Of a stretch of 51,328 nt of DNA, positions 45,646 to 51,328 are shown one piece after another. The notes under the pieces are model-generated. The model was not told where the DNA came from and did no database searches. It saw only the letters and a program-made list of their open reading frames with translations. Source of the DNA: Candidatus Epulonipiscium sp. (GTDB lineage Bacteria; Bacillota; Clostridia; Lachnospirales; Anaerotignaceae); the NCBI GenBank assembly GCA_012519385.1, contig JAAYQI010000126.1, positions 1 through 51,328 of the forward strand, given 5' to 3'. Position 1 is the first letter of the stretch, and the number at the start of each line of letters is the position of its first letter. The translations under genes were made by a program, and so were the position numbers.

Positions 45646-47892
45646 TTACGCCTCAGTATCTTTTTCATTCCATAAAGGCATTCTTACAATGGCTTTAAAT
45701 AAATCTCCATCTATATGAATATCAAACTGCCCCCCTTGTATTTCAGAAAGGCTTTTTGCAATAGAAAGGCCCAGCCCCGAGCCTTCAGTCGTACGAGATT
45801 CATCCCCTCTTGTAAATCGCTCCGTTAAATGGGCGGCGTTGACTTCTATAGGAGATTCGGAAATATTTTTTATAATCAATAGCCCTATATTTTGGGTATG
45901 CAAAATATCAATATATACTCTGGAATTAGGCATAGAATATTTGATAACATTTGAAATTAAATTTTCCGCAATACGCCACATATGGCGTCCATCTGCATAA
46001 ATAATAGTTTCTTCTTCACAGGTTAGCTTAATAATTAAGCCTGCTTTTTCAATCTTTTCTTCCATTTCGCCTATGGCTTGCATCACAAGCTGTCGTAAAT
46101 CCACCTTTCCTTTTGTTACTGTCAGATTTCCGCTAGATGCCTTACTGGCTTCAATTAAGTCTTCAATTAATTGCTTCAAGCGATAGGATTTTTCATAAAG
46201 CACCCCTACATAATGGGCAGCCGTAGGGTTATCCAGCTTTTCTTTTGTCAAAAGGTCAACGTAGGTAATAATAGAAGTAAGCGGTGTTTTTAAATCATGA
46301 GAAACATTGGTAATCAGCTCTGCCTTCATACGCTCGCCTCTTACCGCTTCCTCCACCGCTTTTTTTAAGCCGTTTTGAATGTTTTCAATATCCAAAGCAA
46401 AGTTAATAAAGGAAGGAGAAATATGAGTAATATCCAAGGAATATCCTAAATTCCCTCTTGAGGTTTCCTTTGCAGAATTCATAATAGCTGTTAAAGAATT
46501 TAAAGAACGCACACACAAAAAAACAGCTACAATATTAAATCCAGCGATAAATGTCAAAAATAGAAAAGCAGCACCACCCGCGCCTTTATAGGCAGCAATC
46601 AGAAAAAATGTAACTAATATGCAGTTTACCGCACCGTATCCCAGTAAGATAAAAACAATCCACCCTTGAAATGTTTTTCCACTAAAAAGAGAGCCAATCT
46701 TTCGTATCATGGATGCGATAAAAGTATTTCTAAAAAGCTGATGCTTCTTTACCTGCCGAGACATAGATAATATGAAACTTAGAAAAATTGCCGCATCCGT
46801 TATCAGCAGTACTCCTAAAAGAATAAAAAAAGCATAAGAGCCAAAGTCCAGACTTTGAAATCCTGTTTTTTGGTAAATATCCGCACCAAAACTACGGTAA
46901 TAGATTCTGCCGCTAATAACATATGCAAAGGCCATAGATACAATTCCTGCAACTGCTACCATAAGAAAATGGATATCATTATAAATTTTATCTACACCTG
47001 TTAAAACAACAACTCCATCTCTTTCGGATTGCCCTGCGACCACCACCAAATACACTAAGCAACAAATTGCCACTATACTGGCAATTCCTCCTAGACAAAA
47101 AAGAATAGGTAGTGTTTCTTTCACCATCTTAAACTCTTCCCCTTCTTGAAAAAACAAATCTCCAGGAAGCAAGGGGTCTCGTATTGCCGCATATAATTTA
47201 TATCCACTTTCATCTAAGTATTCATTGGCATAATCCAAATATACTTTTAGATGATTGCTAGAGTAACTCCCTTCAAACACGATGGTTCTATCCATATTTA
47301 CAATGATATCTACAGAGGCATTGCCTGCCACTTTTCCTCCGTTAGGCTCCTCAATGCAATATAAAAAATTATTGTATTCCTCCAGTTCCCGCTCTTGTGC
47401 TCTAAAATCCGCTAATTGATTTTGGATATAGATTTTTCGATATTGAGGCAACCGTTCTTCCACTAAGCTTTTATATTCCAAAAAGTTATCCCTTAGTTCT
47501 GGGGGAATTTCACCTAAAATAATCAACCCATCATAGGTATCATTAATTTGCGTACTTTGCGTTATAATTCCATCTCGTATACTATAGTAGTTTTTAAAGC
47601 TGGAGATAAGATTCTCTCTTGTTACAGAATCCCCTCTTGCTACATTTTCTTCGCTTTTATAATGCACATTTACTTCTATCACATTATCCAGAAGATTATA
47701 AAACCGTTGGTTAAACAGCTCCGTTTCGTAATAGGTGGGAGTATCTATAATTTCCAAATCCCAGTGACGGCTGATATGAAAAAAGACAACTCCCGTCAAG
47801 TAGATGGTAAGCAGGCTAAAGAAAAAAAGAATGCCTACAACGCCTTTTATCTTAGCGGAATACCATCTACTGTTTTTCAATTTTATATCCAA
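45646..47892 (-). CDS. Sensor histidine kinase (large N-terminal extracytoplasmic domain, multi-TM block, HisKA, HATPase_c)
   Basis: H box NVSHDLKTPLTSI, N box ENLISNVIKYS, G boxes GSGLGLSIAK. One N-terminal TM, a roughly 240-aa outside domain, then about 6 TM. TTG start overlapping the regulator gene by 26 nt. Confidence 0.88.
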   Translation of the reverse strand: MDIKLKNSRWYSAKIKGVVGILFFFSLLTIYLTGVVFFHISRHWDLEIIDTPTYYETELFNQRFYNLLDNVIEVNVHYKSEENVARGDSVTRENLISSFKNYYSIRDGIITQSTQINDTYDGLIILGEIPPELRDNFLEYKSLVEERLPQYRKIYIQNQLADFRAQERELEEYNNFLYCIEEPNGGKVAGNASVDIIVNMDRTIVFEGSYSSNHLKVYLDYANEYLDESGYKLYAAIRDPLLPGDLFFQEGEEFKMVKETLPILFCLGGIASIVAICCLVYLVVVAGQSERDGVVVLTGVDKIYNDIHFLMVAVAGIVSMAFAYVISGRIYYRSFGADIYQKTGFQSLDFGSYAFFILLGVLLITDAAIFLSFILSMSRQVKKHQLFRNTFIASMIRKIGSLFSGKTFQGWIVFILLGYGAVNCILVTFFLIAAYKGAGGAAFLFLTFIAGFNIVAVFLCVRSLNSLTAIMNSAKETSRGNLGYSLDITHISPSFINFALDIENIQNGLKKAVEEAVRGERMKAELITNVSHDLKTPLTSIITYVDLLTKEKLDNPTAAHYVGVLYEKSYRLKQLIEDLIEASKASSGNLTVTKGKVDLRQLVMQAIGEMEEKIEKAGLIIKLTCEEETIIYADGRHMWRIAENLISNVIKYSMPNSRVYIDILHTQNIGLLIIKNISESPIEVNAAHLTERFTRGDESRTTEGSGLGLSIAKSLSEIQGGQFDIHIDGDLFKAIVRMPLWNEKDTEA

Positions 47893-48562
47893 TACCCCAC
47901 ACCACCTTTAAATATCTTGGTTCTTTTGGATTAATTTCAATTTTCTCACGAATACGCCTAATATGAACCGAAACCGTATTTTCTGGTGCAAAAGAAAGCT
48001 CATTCCACACATTTTCATAGATTTGGTCAATAGAAAACACCTTTCCAGCATTTTCCATCAAAAGCTGTAAAATTCCATATTCCGTCGCCGTTAGCTTTAC
48101 AGGTTCCCCCTCCACACGCACTTCTTTTGCATCCTTATCCAACTCCAAACCGCCAATTTTAATGATATTTCCCTTTTCCGCAATACTGCCAAGAGTTGTA
48201 TAGCGCCTCATTTGGCTTTTTACCCTAGCCAGTAACTCTAATGGATTAAACGGCTTTGTAATATAGTCATCTGCACCAAAATTTAACCCCAAAATTTTAT
48301 CTGTATCTTCCGATTTTGCAGACAAAATGATAATAGGAATATTGAGAGTTTCCCGAATTTTAATGGTAGCATTTAGTCCGTCCAGTTTTGGCATCATAAT
48401 GTCCAAAAGAATTAGATGTATTTCATTTTCTTCCAGTGCTTTTAAAGCCTCAAGTCCATTGTAGGCTTTTATTATATTATAGTTTTCTTGCTTCAAATAA
48501 ATTTCAATGGCATCCACAATAGACTTTTCATCATCGCATACTAAAATGTTGAATTTTTCCAT
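47867..48562 (-). CDS. Response regulator, OmpR/PhoB family
   Basis: Receiver (ILVCDDE.., LDIMMPKLDG, KP) plus winged-helix output (..TATEYGILQLL.., VHIRRIREKIE, YLKVVWGIGYKIE). Start moved to ATG 48562 (AGGGGGA upstream). Confidence 0.9.
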   Translation of the reverse strand: MEKFNILVCDDEKSIVDAIEIYLKQENYNIIKAYNGLEALKALEENEIHLILLDIMMPKLDGLNATIKIRETLNIPIIILSAKSEDTDKILGLNFGADDYITKPFNPLELLARVKSQMRRYTTLGSIAEKGNIIKIGGLELDKDAKEVRVEGEPVKLTATEYGILQLLMENAGKVFSIDQIYENVWNELSFAPENTVSVHIRRIREKIEINPKEPRYLKVVWGIGYKIEKQ

Positions 48563-48643
48563 GATAATCCCCCTGATTAAAAAATTTCTTTGCCCTCCTG
48601 CTTTTTTGAATTTCAGATAGGATTTCAAAAATAAGCATAGCAG

Positions 48644-48679
48644 GCTTCCTTTACAAAAGACATAATCCTTCCCTTACAA
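48644..48679 (-). promoter_or_regulatory. Direct repeat pair upstream of the response-regulator gene (candidate autoregulatory RR box)
   Basis: Minus strand TTGTAAGGGAAGG, 10 nt, TTGTAAAGGAAGC (11 of 13 identical, 23 nt start to start). The proximal copy sits where a -35 would be relative to a TATGCT -10-like hexamer. Confidence 0.35.
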
Positions 48680-48726
48680 ATATCTTACGGATATAAAATA
48701 GTGTACCATCCACAAAGAAAATTTGC

Positions 48727-48755
48727 AAAAAAAACTTCCACTTATTCTGTGGAAG
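48727..48755 (-). terminator. Intrinsic terminator overlapping the EamA stop codon
   Basis: Minus strand cttccac-agaataa-gtggaag followed by 8 T. The loop contains the TAA stop. Confidence 0.7.
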
Positions 48756-49674
48756 CTACTTTGTCACTATTGTCCATATCATCCTTAGGCAAATCCTCTG
48801 TCTTTTTGTCCCTCAGTAAAAAAACCGAGGATAACACCATTACAATTCCTAATAACTTCATAATAGAAGCAGACTCTTGAAAAAATAAGATTCCGATGCC
48901 CACTGCAACAACTGGCTCAATGGTCGCCATAACAGATGCCTTTCCCGCTTCGATATAAGCAAGCCCTGTGGTATATGCTACATAGGGAATTACTGTTGTT
49001 ACAGCAGTAAATACCACCATATATAACCACAAATGAGTGTCGCTAATCCTTTGAGCAATATCAATAGGGTTCAGCAAAAATAGCATAAAAATTGCGGCGG
49101 TCAAAAACGTATAGTAAGTTATTGTCAGAGAACGATATCCTCTTTTTAAAGCAAAAGTGCCAAATATACTGTATAATGCATAACCAAAACCAGAACCAAG
49201 CCCAAGCATAACACCCAATAGTGTGATGGTTCCTCCCACAGATTCTAAAAGACCTGTCACCAAAACGCAGCCGCTAAAGGTTAAGAGTAGTACAACTACT
49301 TTGCGTAATGTCATTTTTTCATGGAACAAAAATACCGACATGATCATAACAAATACAGGCGCCGTATATAAAAATACAACGGCTATGCCTATACTTGTTA
49401 AATTAATGGACTGAATATAACACCAACTAAAAAAAACAAAACTACATATTCCTGTGCCAATAAAATACAGGATATCCTTTGGTGTTTTCAGCTTAAATAA
49501 ACTTTTATCCTTTATCATAAACCAAGCACTCAGGAAGCACGCACCCATTACTACTTTTACAAAAAGCATCTCCAGTGCAGAAAAGCCTGCTTCCGTAACT
49601 GTTCTTGTAAAAATGCCAATAGTACCCCAACAAACCGCTGATAGAACAATCAAAAAATAAGACAGCTTTTTCAT
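48742..49674 (-). CDS. EamA-family (DMT superfamily) transporter
   Basis: 10-TM protein with two EamA-like halves (..AVCWGTIGIF.., ..GYALYSIF..). Start moved to ATG 49674 (GGGAGGAAG upstream), which forms an ATGA overlap with the addA stop. Confidence 0.8.
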   Translation of the reverse strand: MKKLSYFLIVLSAVCWGTIGIFTRTVTEAGFSALEMLFVKVVMGACFLSAWFMIKDKSLFKLKTPKDILYFIGTGICSFVFFSWCYIQSINLTSIGIAVVFLYTAPVFVMIMSVFLFHEKMTLRKVVVLLLTFSGCVLVTGLLESVGGTITLLGVMLGLGSGFGYALYSIFGTFALKRGYRSLTITYYTFLTAAIFMLFLLNPIDIAQRISDTHLWLYMVVFTAVTTVIPYVAYTTGLAYIEAGKASVMATIEPVVAVGIGILFFQESASIMKLLGIVMVLSSVFLLRDKKTEDLPKDDMDNSDKVASTE

Positions 49675-51328
49675 AACTTCCTCCCAGGCAACGGAACCTC
49701 TTTTCCTAAGTAAAAAGAGTAAATACAGCATTCCTTCACCTTTTGCCCTGTTGTACGCTCCAGAGCCTGTCGATACACAGAAAGCTGTAACTCATATTTT
49801 TCCTTCAAAATTTCTTCTGAAACCTTATCACTTTTGTAATCCACTAATACTATATCATTATCCTCATAAAAAAAACAGTCGATAATTCCGTTTACTAATA
49901 TATCTTCCTCCAAATCCTCATACTCTTTTTGTGAAAATATATCTTTTGGCTGTAACAATATAGAAAAAGGATGTTCTTTTTCTATAATTTTTGCACTTCT
50001 CATTCTCTGTGCCAAAGGAGAAGCAAAAAAATGGAGTAAAGCCCTTCTGTTTAGCATATTGGCTTCTTCCAAAGAGAGAATTTTTCTATGGAGCAAGTCT
50101 TGTATTTGTTGTTCCAATGTATCTTCCTGATACTGTTTGCTAAAATCCGCATATTCCATAAACGTATGCATGGCTGTACCAAACATTGCACCTGAGATGT
50201 TCTTATTTTTTGAAAAATCATTAAATTCCTTAAACTTTAGCTTTCTCGTATCCTCATAAAAATTCTGCTCCTCTTGTGTTACTATGTTTCTTCGTTTTAT
50301 CTCTGATATAGAAAGCTTGCTTGGTAAAAGAGTTGCATTTTTGTAAGGATATTCCCATTGTAAATAAGAAAAGATTTCTTCTCTTTTTCCGCTATAGTCC
50401 CTATCCGCATCCCATTTAGAAAAAATATCTTTGGCAAAAAGAATATTTTCTTCTTTCTGTGACACCTCGTGGTAAATATCCTCTTTATGATACAGTGTAA
50501 ATTTCCACTGGGAATTATCATCCAATATGACTGGAGTTCTGTCTTCCCATAGGTACTTCATGTGTGGATGTCGCAGTAATGCAGGCATTATCCAATCTAA
50601 GTAACTTTTTGCCTTTTTTCTATAATAAGCAGGAATATGGGGGGATTGGGTTTCTGCAGCAGCCGTCCATGAGGAAAGCTTTTTCTCCAAATCATTCACA
50701 CATCCTGTAAGAATCAATTTTTCCTTTGCTCTTGTAAGAGCAACATAAAGCACACGAAGTTCTTCTGAAAGGGTTTCTAGACGAATGGTTTCCGCAATAG
50801 CTGCCTTTACCAAGGATGGATATCGTACCCTTCCCTCAATATCCGCATAATTTATTCCTATTCCCTGCTTTTGATGCAGAATCACTTGAGAATAGCTGTC
50901 TGTCATATTAAATTCTTTCCCTAAATCCGCCACAAAAACAACAGGGAATTCTAACCCTTTGCTTTTATGAATGGTCATAATTCTTACCAAATTTTCACTT
51001 TCGCTTAATAGCTTGGCAGAACCTTCTTCCTCTTCTGCCTTTTTGATATTTTCGATGTATTTTACAAAATGGAATAGACCTTTCATGCTGGTATTTTCAT
51101 ACTGTTCGGCTTTTTCTATCAAAAAGCGTAAATTTCCTTGGCGAACCATACCACCAGATGTAATACCAACATAGTCAAAATAACCTGTTTGCTGATACAA
51201 AATCCACAGCAATTCCCTAATAGAATAGTTAGTAGCTATCTCTCTAAATTCATAAAAACTCTCTAAAAACCTTGAAATTTTTTCCGCTATTTCCCTTTGA
51301 ACCGTATCAGAACCTTCTTGATATTTTA
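49671..51328 (-). CDS. addA: ATP-dependent helicase/nuclease subunit A, C-terminal part (5' end off-window)
   Basis: The frame stays open to the window edge (..KYQEGSDTVQREIAEKISRFLESFYEFREIATNYSIRELLWILYQQTGY..). UvrD-type helicase motifs VRIMTIHKSKGLEFPVVF and LYVALTRAKEKL, plus the C-terminal RecB nuclease motif GIIDCFFYEDNDIVLVDYKSD. Confidence 0.88.
   Translation of the reverse strand, partial: KYQEGSDTVQREIAEKISRFLESFYEFREIATNYSIRELLWILYQQTGYFDYVGITSGGMVRQGNLRFLIEKAEQYENTSMKGLFHFVKYIENIKKAEEEEGSAKLLSESENLVRIMTIHKSKGLEFPVVFVADLGKEFNMTDSYSQVILHQKQGIGINYADIEGRVRYPSLVKAAIAETIRLETLSEELRVLYVALTRAKEKLILTGCVNDLEKKLSSWTAAAETQSPHIPAYYRKKAKSYLDWIMPALLRHPHMKYLWEDRTPVILDDNSQWKFTLYHKEDIYHEVSQKEENILFAKDIFSKWDADRDYSGKREEIFSYLQWEYPYKNATLLPSKLSISEIKRRNIVTQEEQNFYEDTRKLKFKEFNDFSKNKNISGAMFGTAMHTFMEYADFSKQYQEDTLEQQIQDLLHRKILSLEEANMLNRRALLHFFASPLAQRMRSAKIIEKEHPFSILLQPKDIFSQKEYEDLEEDILVNGIIDCFFYEDNDIVLVDYKSDKVSEEILKEKYELQLSVYRQALERTTGQKVKECCIYSFYLGKEVPLPGRKL

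Noticed and set aside
1-51328. CRISPR arrays, long tandem or interspersed repeats, IS elements, toxin-antitoxin pairs, defence-system genes.
   Set aside because: Reading the intergenic regions and the ORF products, I found no repeat-spacer periodicity and no transposase, integrase, reverse transcriptase or defence-type ATPase or nuclease. Exhaustive repeat detection needs a computational self-comparison that I cannot run.

Overview
AT-rich, gene-dense chromosomal core region of a spore-forming Firmicute (Clostridia-like; taxonomy is inference). About 90% of the genes are on the minus strand. In minus-strand transcription order, right to left: addA (5' end off-window), an EamA transporter, an OmpR-type two-component pair, an M29 aminopeptidase, a non-discriminating aspS-gatCAB operon, a YheO-type regulator (+), tRNA-Lys(UUU) (+), a small orphan gene, a ~0.6 kb AT-rich gap with no ORF, ilvA, rnz, an ECF sigma/anti-sigma/membrane-protein operon, tsaD, dpaL (+), an HlyD-like gene, the division-cluster tail (yggS-sepF-yggT-ylmH-divIVA), aroB, lspA, rluD, a pyrB-like/pyrC-like pair, smc-ftsY, hcp (+), an MCP, ytaF (+), a P-type ATPase, an Xaa-Pro peptidase, a nuclease-like gene, proC, an NSS transporter, a second P-type ATPase, and spoIIAA-spoIIAB-sigF (sigF 3' end off-window). 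I saw no CRISPR array, transposase, integrase, phage gene or recognisable defence gene, so this is not an obvious accessory island. Two observations stand out. (1) The pyrB-like/pyrC-like pair is translationally coupled, and both proteins carry non-canonical residues in the family catalytic motifs. (2) An unannotated yybP-ykoY (Mn2+) riboswitch-like leader with promoter and overlapping terminator sits upstream of the first P-type ATPase. Smaller items are the AT-rich gap with its orphan gene, several perfect palindromes and direct repeats in promoter regions, and a PD-(D/E)XK-like gene overlapping the peptidase gene. Several starts were moved downstream of the ORF-track starts using RBS spacing. 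The ORF track also uses GTG/TTG starts. All functional calls come from motif recognition by eye, with no database search.
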